From assembly GCA_051294375.1 (NCBI GenBank), contig JBJCIZ010000744.1, positions 334,206 through 398,205 of the forward strand: a stretch of DNA of 64,000 nt. The letters run 5' to 3'. The position numbers and the translations under genes are program-made. Under the pieces are notes generated by a model, which was not told the DNA's origin, searched no databases, and worked only from the letters and a program-made list of their open reading frames with translations. How positions within the stretch are numbered: the stretch's first letter is position 1; every line of letters begins with the position of its first letter. This document shows positions 36,469 through 49,124 of the stretch, one piece after another. The DNA comes from Paraspadella gotoi. Taxonomy: Eukaryota; Animalia; Chaetognatha.

Positions 36469-39400
36469 AGGGATAAATAAATAATAAATAATACATTGTG
36501 CAATGTACAACAAAGATAAATGCTTTGAAACTAAAATTAGTAAAATTTAACAATTGTATAGTGGATAAATAGTTAAGGGATAGAAAGTGAAAAATGAAAT
36601 GAAATTTGTGAAAAATGAAATATGAGAATTTTAAGTGTTAAGTAAATGATTAAAATAAAATTTAAGGAGTAAGAAAGAGCTCAAAATGAGCTGGCCCCCC
36701 TTGGTTTTTTTTTATATTGCTTCAATTCTCTTGTGTCTCTCTTGCATATATGTTGTCATTAAAACATTTAAAAAAATATTTTTATATTTTATTTTATATT
36801 TTGTAAAAATAAAAAAAAATATTTAAAAAAATATTTACGATAAAAATTTTTTAAAAAAACGCTTGCTATTTTGTTGAAGAGCAGGTGCAAGTGAAGATCT
36901 AGTGGGTGCAGTTAAAATTGATTGAATGTTCCTTTGTCTTACAAAAGGCTTCCTGTTTTGTAAAGCCCTCTAGTAGAATAGGGTGAAAATATAAAAAAGG
37001 ACTGTTCTTTTGTTTCAGAAAATATATACTAAAACTAAATTTTATTGCTATTTTATTTTAAAAACACTCTTTTGTTTGTGGAGCCATTTGGCAGGCAAAA
37101 ATTTACTATTTTGTGTAAAGCGATGCAAGTGAAGATCTAGTGGGTACAGACAGAAGAGCAAATTTCTTTAGAAAGTAAAGAGACAAATCCTCGTAGTAGG
37201 TAGCAAAAGTTACAAAGACGAAAAAAAAAATTGAAAAAAAAAATTAGAGCTATTGAAAAAAAAAATTTTAGGGGGTAAAGCGATTTACAATTACTATTAC
37301 ATCAATAATTCGTTATCCCGGATTTTCCCCGGATTTTTCATTAATTTTCTCTGATAGCTGGCTGGCTCGATCCATATACTTTTAAGATTTTTAAATATGG
37401 TTTAAAATTAAATCGATTACTTTAAAACCAAATGACAAAAAATTATTATTAAATAAATCAATATGAAAAGGAAATCTCAGAAAATCTTTACAAATTATAT
37501 AAATCAATCATTATGAAAACCAAATGCTCGTCAATATTTTCAAATTAAACTCAATCCATATGAAAACGCAATCTTTGTCAATATTTTCAATTGAAATCAA
37601 TGAAAATGAAAACGTAAATAGTATAAAATTTAATCAATCAATATTTCTTATCATCAAATCCTTTCAGATTTAGACGCGGACCCAGAGGCCGACATGGACA
37701 ACGTATCAGCTTTGATTCTCGGCGACATACCGAAGGAAGCCATGCCGTACCTAAAGGGAAAGCTCGTTCGTATCTCGGTATGCAATGTCAACGTTATTTC
37801 AAAAAACAAATGACTAACAATAAATAAATAATAAGCCAAGCCATAATGAGCCAATGGTATTGGCTGAACGATGGTGGACGTGGGGCGATGTGAATTTACC
37901 GCCACAACACAAAAATTAAGTTAAAATCAGGATTCGCGGCGAAAATGAAAAAAAAAAACAAAAAAAACAAAACAAAAACAAAAAGATGGATCTAAGTAAC
38001 CGTTTTCTCATTACAGGAGAAACAGAAACTCAAAAGGTGGAATCGAATAGAACCGGATCAAAGACTCGGGGAAAAATCACCAAAAATGGAATCAAGCTCT
38101 CTGATTGGTCGAGAGCCAAATGGAACCGGCCAATAGGCGGATGGGCTTCCATCCGCCTGTAAATTTTACCCACGTCTCTGATCCACTTGTACTGTGTATA
38201 AATAGCTGTAGATTTTGTATCAGAGTACTCTGTCCAAAATTGACACAGTCTTCTTGTTCGTTTTCTCCAAATAAATTCCACCTTGGTTTCATATCGAAAT
38301 CCCTGTCTACTTACTTAAATGTTCTAATCATTTCTTTTAATAATTTTTTTTTATCAATAATCATATTTAGAATCGCGGACAAACGGAGAGAAAGAGATGG
38401 ATTCGCTCGGAAAGATTGAAACGAAATCCGCCGCCCGAAGCAACGACGGAACCAGTCACTTGCACTTTCACCGTTTGTCAGGTCAGGTGTCAGAATGCGG
38501 GACCCGGGTGGCGCCATTTATTGACTGATGAGTGAATTTGATCGAGTGATGATTCATGGTAAATGAATGAAGGTCAAAAAAGAAATGACTGACTGAAAAT
38601 ATTGTGAGACGGTTGATAAAACAACTCTGTACAGTTAAATTATTTTTTATCTTATGTTGATGAACTTGATTTAATTCAATTTAACACAAATATCTTGATT
38701 ATCTTGTTAACCGTCAGGTACAAGTCTATGTAATTGGATGAACTTGAAGAGACAGTAATTATTGTAATGTGTTAGTGATAGAACAGTTCAATATAGGCAG
38801 TCCCTGAGCTTCGGATCAGGATGCAACACCACGATACAGGCGGGTTAAGCGCCCCGTCCCTCTAAACTGCGAGGCGGCCACCGGGCTAGAACCCCGGAAC
38901 TTTGGGTTGGGAGGCGAATGACTTGCCTCCGGCACCAATGGCCGCTGATGAACGGTTGGTGGAATTTAGTCCACCATAAACTTTTATTAAAATAATCAAT
39001 TCATTCGATAAACGAGTTCTCTGTTCTTCTGACTCTGGAGTCTGGACGGGCTCTGGTGGTTTAAGGCCTGCCTCCTTCTCATAGAATATCAACTTAGTAG
39101 GATCCTGACAGCTTTTAATCAAGACTTAAGTATTTAATTGAAGAATAATATCACTACTATCAATCCGTTTCCTGGAATGCTATTGTAATTATTGTAAATT
39201 ATTGCCTCTCACGAACTCTTCTCAAGATTGATTTTGAATGAATAATTGTTTTGCATCTAACAGAACATCGAATACGTAGGAAAGTGCATCACTCTTTTCG
39301 GTGGAATGGTCGCTTGCAGGGAAGGCGAGTTCATCTCTTTCGAGAGCAAGGAATGCTCAAAGCTGGTGAATAGTCTGGTGAATGTTCTCTGAATGTAGTG

Positions 39401-39970
39401 TGAATGTGCTCTGAATGTAGTTTGAATGCGATCCGAATGAATAATTATTTGTCAGATCAACGATAATAAAAATTTTGTTCTTGCACGAGCACAGAATCCA
39501 TTAATCATAAAACTTTTCACTCATTTTTTAAAAAATATTTTTATAAATGTTTTTATAAAGCTGATAAACTTTTGTTTCACACTTCGTTTTGCTATCAGTG
39601 AGAAACAACTTTGAGTGAGTTTGGAGCATAAATTGCATGCGTCTAATTCAAACTATTTTTTTTTTCAATAAGGTTTTTTTCCTATCAAAATATATCTTGC
39701 TTAACTGTTTTTTTTCTCGATAACATGAGTGTAGAAATACAGAACATATCTTTTTTTTTAAAAATCGCTTTCGTGGTCTTTGCGCTTCGCGGCTTCATCG
39801 TGGCAAAATTTACAATGTGAATAATTAACATACTTTAGTCCGCCACGCGCTCGAAGCATTTTTTTTTCGCGACAATTCTTTATTCTAAAAAAAGATAACA
39901 ATTTTGAAATATTTTTTTTTCTCAGAACGCCGAAGCGGAGGCAAGGAGAAACGCAGCTAATTCGTCATGA
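35235..39970 (+). CDS. Small secreted prepropeptide with Cys-rich mature region, unknown family
   Basis: caccATG; exons 35235-35310, 37668-37777, (38017-38036 possible microexon, 1 nt short), 38371-38481, 39264-39365/39377, 39926-39970 (TGA); GT-AG and phase-compatible. MKLSWASIVLLLLVARTKTA-acidic pro region-ERKR/RLKR-NPPPEATTEPVTCTFTVCQNIEYVGKCITLFGGMVACREGEFISFESKECSKL. Confidence 0.72.
35800..36055. repeat. 18-bp minisatellite, ~14 units
   Basis: Unit ttttttcaacttgcataa. Confidence 0.95.
36310..36706 (-). mobile_element. 3' fragment of the Penelope-like family, with a hammerhead ribozyme at ~36343-36388
   Basis: 36670-36706 is the reverse complement of 22736-22775; minus strand aacg CTGATGA a gacttg-taaaa-caagtc GAA ACATGT T tgtt. 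Confidence 0.75.
38745..38978 (-). mobile_element. tRNA-like solo-LTR-type element, family 1, TSD aact
   Basis: Same sequence and termini as 28315-28556; aact on both flanks. Confidence 0.8.
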
Positions 39971-41082
39971 TTTTATCTCAAGATAAGAATAATTTTCTGT
40001 CTCGTTTTGTGGAAGAAACGAAAAAAATACGAGTTTTAAAAAAAAGTAAATTGTAAATTTTATAGTTTGAAGGAAAAAATTGACTCGTTTTTTTGATGCC
40101 ATTTCGTGTACGACGCAATCGTATACAGAAAACGGGGTAATAATATCTGAACGTTTATTTAAATCCAATGTTCCTAAGGTTACGTCTTCTTTAACACATA
40201 TATATATAAAATGTAAAAATAAACTCAATCAGTAATTACTTTTCAAATAATAAAATACGGAATAAAAATAAAAATGTTTCATTTTTCATTGTTTAATGTT
40301 TAACGAGACAGTAGCACGAGCGGAGTTTCTCTTGTCAATCTACAAAATTTAAACCTTTATTTTTAACACCATTTTTGAATGGTCGGACCGAGCCCGCGCC
40401 TGAGTTATCGATTTAATACGGTGCTATGTATCTATCTATCTATCTATCTTTATATCTATTCTATCCCAATCGTGCGTCTCTCGTTCGAACCACGCCCCTA
40501 GCCCTTTACAAAGCCTGACGGAGTTTATGAAAAACGTGCCAATAGTTTGGGACCAACTCCGGAGATAATATAAAATTTCGACTAAATATTTAAGCAATCA
40601 TTTTCCAAAATGATTTACATTAAATGTTACTCGTCTTTTTTTGCAATATAAATTTTTTTTTGAAATCTTAAAATTTTTTGATAGATTAATAAAAAGTTAA
40701 ACAAGAAATATAATTACAGCTTTTAAGTGAAAATTTTCTAAGTGAAAATATAAATTAATTGATAAAATCATTGAAAGATGATGATGATAACAATTTTTTA
40801 TGTTTTTTTTATTTTTGACACACTTATCATAAAAATATTTAAAAAGAATTATACTTTGTGCAGACAACTTGTTATGAGCTATCTGAATCTGGTCTTAAAA
40901 TTAAAAAATTCTAAAAAAATTTGTGGCTTTTCCTATCAATAAATAAATATTAAAAAATTAATTATTTGGATCCATATAAGAAATTTTTTGTTCATTAAAA
41001 ATATAAATTAAAATGTATAAATTTTCGTTTCAGCATGTACTCATTCTTAATTTTTGACTCACCCCATTGTGTGGGGCTACCC

Positions 41083-41223
41083 CACTGAGAAAGCTTGTAT
41101 AGAGAGACCTCCAGATTAATCTCCCGCTCTTCTCCCCCACCCACCAATCGCCTACACTGAGAAAGCTTGTATAGAGAGACCTCCAGGTTAATCTCCCGCT
41201 CTTCTCCCCCACCCACCAATCGC
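41083..41223. repeat. ~71-bp direct tandem duplication
   Basis: cactgagaaagcttgtatagagagacctccag..taatctcccgctcttctcccccacccaccaatcgc occurs twice. Confidence 0.95.
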
Positions 41224-41658
41224 AAAAAGGCATAAGAATTATAAAACCAGATGAAGGTTTTCGGAAAGAGTGATAAAACAGCTTCAAGATCTCATATTAC
41301 AAATTAGAATATGTACATTTAGTAAGGAACTGCATCAGTTTAAATAAAGCATGTTTTTATCTAAAAGGCGTCAAAGATAGGTAGACCGTAGAAAAAGATA
41401 GGTTTGGATTGGAAGGTTGTTTTTCTCGGTATAAGCGCTTCAGATCGCTTACTATTGAACCCTTCTTTTAAAATTAGATTACCAGCTACTGGGACAGGAT
41501 ATTTTCTTGGAGGCATGTGGCACCGTGTACCCCTACTACAAGTCTACAACTGAGGGTCTTAAGCTTGTAAAAGCCCTTAAGTGATATGCCTATTGCCTAA
41601 AACCAAAAACATACGAAAAACAAGTTTAATAATTACAATATTTAAACATATCCTACGA

Positions 41659-43550
41659 TCAACGCTTCCTCTTCCAACCTAAAGGCCAAGATCCAAAGTT
41701 AAAAAGCGAGAACTGATGTTCCTCCGAACAAAAGACAGTCGAGCCACCGGCGCCGCCGCAGTTTCTCGTGGTCTCGACGGAGGGCGAACCATTCGGACGA
41801 TATTTTATGTCGTAGAAGCTATTTTCGTCGTCGTCATATTCGTCCGTTCGATCCGGGACTCGATCCGGGGACTTTTTCCTTTTTTTTTCCCGCCAAATTT
41901 TCAAAAATTTCGACTCGAAGCTTTCGTCGTCGTCGTCGTCGTCATCTTCGTATCCATAGACTTCATCGTATTCATCTCCGCGGCCGTCGTCATCCCGTTC
42001 GTCATTCGCCCCGCCGCCGCCGCCGCTCCCGGTCCGATTAGCGGCGCCCTCGGCGTTCCAGTGGCCGTCGCCGCAGCGTCGGTCGTACGGCGGACATTTG
42101 CAGCGGCAATTGAGGTCGCGATAACCCTCGCCGCCGCAGCTGAGGGTCCTGTCGCAGTGGCTGCCGCAGCTGTACATCAGGTTGACCAACTTGGCGTCTC
42201 GGAAACTCAACTGTTGGGGGGGGGGGAAGGAGTGAGGAGGGAGGGGTACGAGAGGGCGGGAAAAGATGGATGGAATAGAAGTGTCGGATCTGCCCCCAAT
42301 CATTAGCGGTAATCAATTAATTATTTAATTCAAGTTAACTAATTAATTAGGTAATTAATTATTTAATTTGTCTTTTCGTCACTAACTACAAAAAAAGCAA
42401 TGACGATGACGATGGCAACGACGACAATAATGACGATAACGATTGACTTGATTGATTGATTAATTGATTGAATAATTAATTAATAGTTAAATTGATTAAT
42501 TGAATAATTAATTAATAGATAAATAGATTGATTGATTGAATAATTAATTGATTTATTAATTAATACATCTTGCATTTACATTTAATATAAAATAAAAAGA
42601 AGCATTAGAGAGCATTAGAGAAACCGGTTTTTTTGTTTTTTCCATTTAAACTCATTTCCACTCCAACGATTCCATCGAAACTTCATATCCAGCTCAATCA
42701 CACAGTTTCCTACCCACGCACGAAATTTCAAACCAATCCAACCATCCAATCACGAGTAATTGGAGTTTTTTGCTAAGGTGGGACGGAGAGTCGGACGGAC
42801 GGACGGATGGACCGACGGACGGAGGGACGCCTGTCAAGTCAAGTCAAGTCAAGACGGAGGGACGAACATCATTTTTATTGCATAATTTATCATAATTCGA
42901 GGTTCTGACATGATTTAAGTGAATGCCCGACAAAATTTGGTAGGGAGTCCGACGGACCGACAAAGTGAATTATAGAGTCGAAATCTGCTACAAGCAGATC
43001 CGTCTAAAAATGTTCCGCAATTTTTGAATAACTTGAAGACAGTTTATTTGTATTTCTTTCTACTCGGCGCGACTAATTCAATTATCACAAATAATAAACC
43101 GCAATATAGTTTAAAATTGGTACAACCAATATAGAAATTATCCCATATCAACAAATAAACTTTCTTCACAATTTGGCCAAGTTACGGTGGGCTAGAATTT
43201 CCATAATACATTGACAAACAAAATACAAAGTTAACTGTAGACCTGACATGACAAGAGTGCCCTCAAAAGACTGACCCCTTTCCTCTGCCCGATCCGATCC
43301 TGGACGCTTCGGTCCTTGGTCCGAATCGTGACCAGCTTGTCCCTATCTTTGCTGAACGCGTTCTTCCCGTAGTGCATTATGGAATCGTAATCGTAAGGAA
43401 TCCCTTCGCTGTTGATCTCGTATCTGTTGTACTTGGAAAATTGATGGATAGGATCGAAATCTAACTCGCGGCGAACGTTCTCCGCGATGATGGTCACGTA
43501 GTCGTCGCGGTCGGGCCGGTCTGTTCGTGATGGAGGCCTGAAGGGTGACA

Positions 43551-43624
<74 letters not shown>

Positions 43625-43710
43625 AGGGGGGGAGAGGGAGAGAAAAGGGGGAGAGAGAGAGAGAAGGGAGAGGGAGAGAAAGGGGGGAGAGAGAGGAGAG
43701 AGAGAGAGAG

Positions 43711-43756
<46 letters not shown>

Positions 43757-45228
43757 TGGGGAGAGAGAGAGAGAGGTTTTTTTTGTGTGTCTATTTTTAT
43801 GTGTGTGTATTTGTATGTGTATTTGTGTGCGAGTGCGTTTCTCTTTGTTTATTTATTTGAGCGTGCGTTTTTATTGTTTAAAAGTCCCAAAGAATTAACA
43901 AGCCGGCTAAAAGTTTAAAAGTTAAAATTTAAAAAAAAAAAAAAGTTAAAACCATCAGAATTTATTCCTAGAGAAAAAAAAAGAGAATAAAAAAAAAAAA
44001 AAACAAAACAAGAAAGAGGAAGAAAAACTGTGAACGGGAACCGACCGAGGGCGTGGCCGATCTCGTGGACGATGACGCCTTTCGTCCGACAGGGTCCAGC
44101 GCCGAGAGTGATCTTGTTGTGTTCCACCATCCCAACGTGGGACCAGCAACTGGATCGACAGGAGAGGATAGGGGAGAGAGAGAGAGAGGGAGAGAGAGAG
44201 AGAGGGAGAGAGAGAAATCATGGTAAATATCTTCGGTCAAATTGACTGGCCAATCGATCGGTGTAACAGTATAATTTTTGGAAAAATTGATATAAATTAC
44301 AATAAAGGTTTGTATGCTTAGCAATTTCTAAATAATACTTTACCCTTTCCCGTCCTGAATGACGACGTGTCGACGATGTCCCAGTTTCGCCGCGACGGTT
44401 TTAGAGTAAGGAACGAATCGGAGACACGTCTCGCGCTCCCACTCTCTGAAGGGTTAGTTTATAATTAACTGACTTATACATAACATATACAAAGGCGGAA
44501 CAAGTTAAGAACTAAGAGTTCTGTAATTTAAATTTTAACAAATTTAAAAAAATTTAAGATTTTATGTATAGTCAATAACATAACAATTTCAGAGGTTATT
44601 TTTTTTCTAATTCAGAATTTTTCAAAACGAATCCTGGTTGAGCTTGAAAAAATAAAATATTACTATAAAAATATAAATATTACTATAAAAATAAATATTA
44701 CTATAAAAATTATAGTATGACGATGATGCTGATAATTTTTAAGGGTTTTTTCCTTATTTAACCCATTTATCATCGAAATATTGAAAAACTTATACTTATA
44801 CTTTTTATGGGCTATCTGAATCCATTCTTAAAAAATAATTATCATTTAAATATTTAAATGATTCAATGTTATACTTTGTTTCACTAGTAAAAAAAATTGC
44901 TAGTAAATAATGATTAAATATGGTGGACTTATGGCAACAGCCGGGTTGCCTGTGATGCCCATTGGGATGGGGTATCTCACTGTTGGCTTTGGGGGCTTCC
45001 GACCCTCAGTGACGCCTCCAGTCACTGGCGCGGTTACCCTAGGACGGTCTCGCTTTGCCAACGCAGAGGGAAGTCGTTAGGACTGTGGATGGAACACTAC
45101 ACCTGGGATGGTGTGTTCCCCCTCTGAGCCAATGGATTTGGCTGAAGGACGTGAGGCGGTGTGAATATACCACCACAGACTAATGATTTTTTTATTCCAG
45201 AACTTCTAATGATAAAATTTTGGCAGAG

Positions 45229-45300
<72 letters not shown>

Positions 45301-46192
45301 GGAGGAAGAGAGAGGAGCAGCATCGATAAAATATAAGAACATCAAGCAACTTCAGCAGCTAGTAAAGCAAAGACCAACAACTACAGCGACCAAATAAAGC
45401 AAAGACCAACAACCCAGTAGCATCAATTCCGCTCGCCTCATGGCGGCGTCGATGTTCCTCTTATCCAAAGCCGAGAAATGATCCTTCAAGATGTAAGGAA
45501 CGACGCCGTCAATCCAGCGGTACTGCGTTTCACGGAGACCGGCGCGACGATGACGCCGGCTGAGCGAGAGACGCCGACGCTGGCGCCGTTTTATAACTGT
45601 TAAGAATTGGTTTGAGTAATAAGTTTAACGTAAATATCACTAATAAAGTATTAATAAATTCTTATGGAATTTATATCCTCTTGATGGTTGTATTTTTTTA
45701 ATTTTTAAAACTATCGCCGCGAATTTTTGTTTTATAAAAACGGTTTCAACGGTTTCAATCAGTTATATAAATATATATAAAGTGAGTGAGTGAGTGAGAG
45801 AGAGAGAGAGAGATATGACTACGTTCCTAATCATTTTTTTTTTTTCATGATAAAAATAGTTTTCCCTGTTTCGCGACCACCTCACCGGAATCCTCGTCGC
45901 GGAGAAATCGGTACTTGGGATCAAGCCTCGTCTCGTAGAAAACGGTACTTCGGTAGAGATCGATCTGCTGCTGCTTCGTCAACATCATGTCGAGCTCGCG
46001 AAGAGAATGTCCTTCCGCCGCCTCCTCTGAATCCACCCGCGCCACGTTGTCAAATCCGGGTGGTGTTTCTTCGCCCGAAAAACCCGTATGTAACTCGAAG
46101 GCGCGGGAGATGAGCTCGTCGACGGTGGGTCCGGCGAGGGCGTGCTCGGGTAGGAGGAAGAGGAAGAGGAAGACAGGGAGGTGGCGAAACAT
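41659..46192 (-). CDS. Astacin-family (M12A) zinc metalloprotease with EGF-like module and acidic/basic tail
   Basis: Exons 46192-45886, 45596-45437 (GC donor), 44445-44344, 44149-44046, 43537-43276 (one C missing near 43518), 42210-41659 (TGA). Signal peptide, pro-domain ELDMML, furin site RHRR, RWIDGVVPY, HEIGHALGLHHEQTRPDRD, Met-turn SIMHYG. Confidence 0.92.
44930..45177 (-). mobile_element. Hairpin-rich solo-LTR-type element, family 3, 4-bp TSD (gact)
   Basis: Minus strand TGTGG...CCATA; gact at 44926-44929 and 45178-45181; 5' hairpin then tcagc..ccattggctcagagg (A-box-like) as in families 1 and 2. Confidence 0.65.
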
Positions 46193-48419
46193 ATTTGTTA
46201 ATCTTTGACGTCCATATTGGTTTAAGTCAAATACGAAAACGAGCATTGTCGACGATTTTCAAGTTATGGATAATTATTTTCTTTAAGACGAGAGGCAAAT
46301 AGATGTTTTTTTTTTGTTTTTTTTATTCTTCTTTCACTTTTTTGTTGGGTTGCGATTAATTCTTTGCTTTTCTTTCTTTCTTTTTTTTTTTTCAAAAACC
46401 TCAAGCTTTTAAATTTTGTCTAATCCGTGATTGGAAAGCGCCCAGGATTTTCCTCTCTCAGAATTAAAATGTTTTGCTAATTTAACGACTACATGTCGTA
46501 CTCAACGTATAATTTTTTTAATGATTCTAGTATTAAAGAAAGCCGAATAACTTATAATTTCGTTCTGTATTGTATAATATATAGGAAGCCAGGTACTCTG
46601 GGAGTGAATAAACGAGACTGTGAGAGAGTCTTGATTGAAAGCTTGCAGGGACCTGCTATGTCATTATCTTGTAAGAGTGATGGAGGCCTTAAACCACCAA
46701 AGCCTGTCCAAAGTCAGGGGCAAGATAGCTTATTTATTAAATGAATGGATAATTTTTATATTGGTTGTACCAATTTCATATATAATGTCTATAGTGCGTT
46801 TTACAATATCCAAAAATTACATTTTTGTAGCGTTGAAAACATTTTTCGAATACATAAAAAGTTATTTTAAGCTTTGGTTTGAAATTGCGAATACATTATA
46901 CAAAAATTATAAATTTATTTATGAATTTCAATTTGTCCGGTCTCGAATTATATTACTAATGTGTTTAAAACGAAATCTTGTAAAATTAAAAAAACATGCG
47001 AATTGTAAATATTTTCCACTTCATTGATAGGGAAGCCAGGTACTCTGGGAGTAAATAAACGGGACTGTGAGAGAGTCTTGATTGAAAGCTTGCAGGGACC
47101 TGCTATGTAATTATCTTGTAAGAGCGATGGAGGCCTGTCCAAAGTCAGGGGCAAGATAGCTTATCTATTAAATGAATGGATAATTTTTATATTGGTTGTA
47201 CCAATTTCATAGTAATTATCATCCTTAAAGTTAAACTCCTCCTAATTTCAAAATGTTATTTTATTTATCTAATAATAATTCGGCAATGACGACACTCTTC
47301 CGCTAGAATCCGACACCAACACTACGAGCGACGGAAACAAAAGGCCTCATCGAGATTCTCTTCAAATCCTCCCGCTTTTTCTTTCTCAAAAAATTCATGA
47401 ATCGTCGAAAAAAATTTCAGTAGTTCGGATTAGGAAATCTCACCTCGTTAACCACCCGCTCGTTTAATAGAATCGAACTCGAAGAAGGATCGTAGTGGAA
47501 CTTATCTCGGAAGATGCGATCACGAATCAACAGATTTTCAGAAGATCGAGCGTGTTGTTTCGTAACCTCGGTGTCTAGGCCATGTAAACAATACCTTTGT
47601 TTGGAGATCGTTGCTTTGTCTGGCCAGGCTCGTTGAAAGAAAAAATCCCGTTTTAGTCATTCTTTTCGAGGACTTTCTCCGCGAGTCGATTCACACTTTG
47701 TCAGCAAAAAAGTAAAGTCCAGACCATCGTCTGGATAAAGAATAAAGAATATTTTTTTCTTCATTTATGTACAAATCGGTTTTGTTACGTTCCTAAATTA
47801 TAAAGCACGACGGGGAAAAAAAATTCCCGAGAATGTAAATTCTTTTTCCGGCGCCTGTCAGTCGCTCTCCAACGAGGCAACGAAAACCTGATCAGTGATC
47901 ACAAACTGCGACGTTTACTTGACCCATTAAAAATTTCATTTTTTAAAATATTTAAAACATTTTTTAAATAAATCGATCCGTTTGTTACTCTTTTGATTGC
48001 ATATTCTGTCTTAGCCTCTGACTTTGAACTTAATTTTTAATGCTCTCCATAATGTGTCCATTCAAATTTATCAGAATGTGTAAAATTGTTGTCTTGTCAT
48101 TTTCCTTTCAGAAAAAAAAAGCGTGCAATAATAATGAAATGCTGTTTAAATATAAGTTTGCAACGTTTTATTTAAGCATTTTTTAGCTTGATACTCCTGC
48201 GATGATATTCAAGTGTATTATTCTTTTCCAGCTTGTAGCATCTCTTGGCCTGCGGTAAACAACCCAAGTATTGCGTTAGAAATTCCGTGCCGCTTCTTGT
48301 TTGAACTAAAGTATCAATAATAAGAGAAAATAAACTTTAATAAACTGAAAAAGAAAAAAATCGTGGGCAAACGTCGCGACTCCGTCAAGAACCGATCGTC
48401 CTCTCCCCCCGCGCCGGTT

Positions 48420-49124
48420 ATGGCGACCAGTCCCAACTGCAGCGCCGTTCGTGCTTTGAATCTCGAATACAAGTCGCTCCAGGACGAGCCCGTCGAGGGA
48501 TTCCGCGTCTCCGCCTCCGAGGAGAATTTGTTCGAGTGGGAGGTGGCCATCTTCGGCCCTCCTCAGACGCTCTACGAGGGCGGGTACTTCAAGGCGTCCA
48601 TGAAGTTCCCCAACGACTACCCCTACTCTCCGCCCTCGATGCGGTTTCTCACCAAGGTGTGGCACCCCAACGTCTACGAGACCGGCGATCTCTGCATCAG
48701 CATCCTCCACCCGCCCGTGGACGATCCTCAGAGCGGGGAGTTACCGTCCGAGCGCTGGAACCCCACGCAGAACGTGCGGACGATCCTCCTTAGCGTGATA
48801 TCCCTCCTCAACGAGCCCAACACCTCCTCGCCCGCCAACGTCGACGCCTCCGTCATGTTCCGCCGGTGGAAAGAGTCAAAGGGAGCGGACAAGGAGTACG
48901 AGAACATCGTGCGGAGACAGGTGCTGGCAACCAAAGCCGACGCCGACCACGACGGCGTCGTCGTCCCCACCACCCTCGAAGAGTATTGCGTCAAACCCAA
49001 GCCCTCGCTTCACCGCGACCACGACGACATCGACTTCGACGATTTCGACGACTTTGACGACGACGACGAAGAAGAGGAAGAAGCCGCCACCGATCCTGAA
49101 GACTCTGGCAACGGGGAGAGTTGA
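48420..49124 (+). CDS. CDC34: Ubiquitin-conjugating enzyme E2 R (CDC34/UBE2R2 family), intronless, 234 aa
   Basis: WEVAIFGPP..LYEGGYFKA, HPNVYETGDLCISILHPPVDDPQSGELPSERWNPTQNVRTILLSVISLLNEPN (catalytic Cys and acidic loop), acidic tail ending DSGNGES; first ATG at 48420. Confidence 0.97.
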   Translation: MATSPNCSAVRALNLEYKSLQDEPVEGFRVSASEENLFEWEVAIFGPPQTLYEGGYFKASMKFPNDYPYSPPSMRFLTKVWHPNVYETGDLCISILHPPVDDPQSGELPSERWNPTQNVRTILLSVISLLNEPNTSSPANVDASVMFRRWKESKGADKEYENIVRRQVLATKADADHDGVVVPTTLEEYCVKPKPSLHRDHDDIDFDDFDDFDDDDEEEEEAATDPEDSGNGES

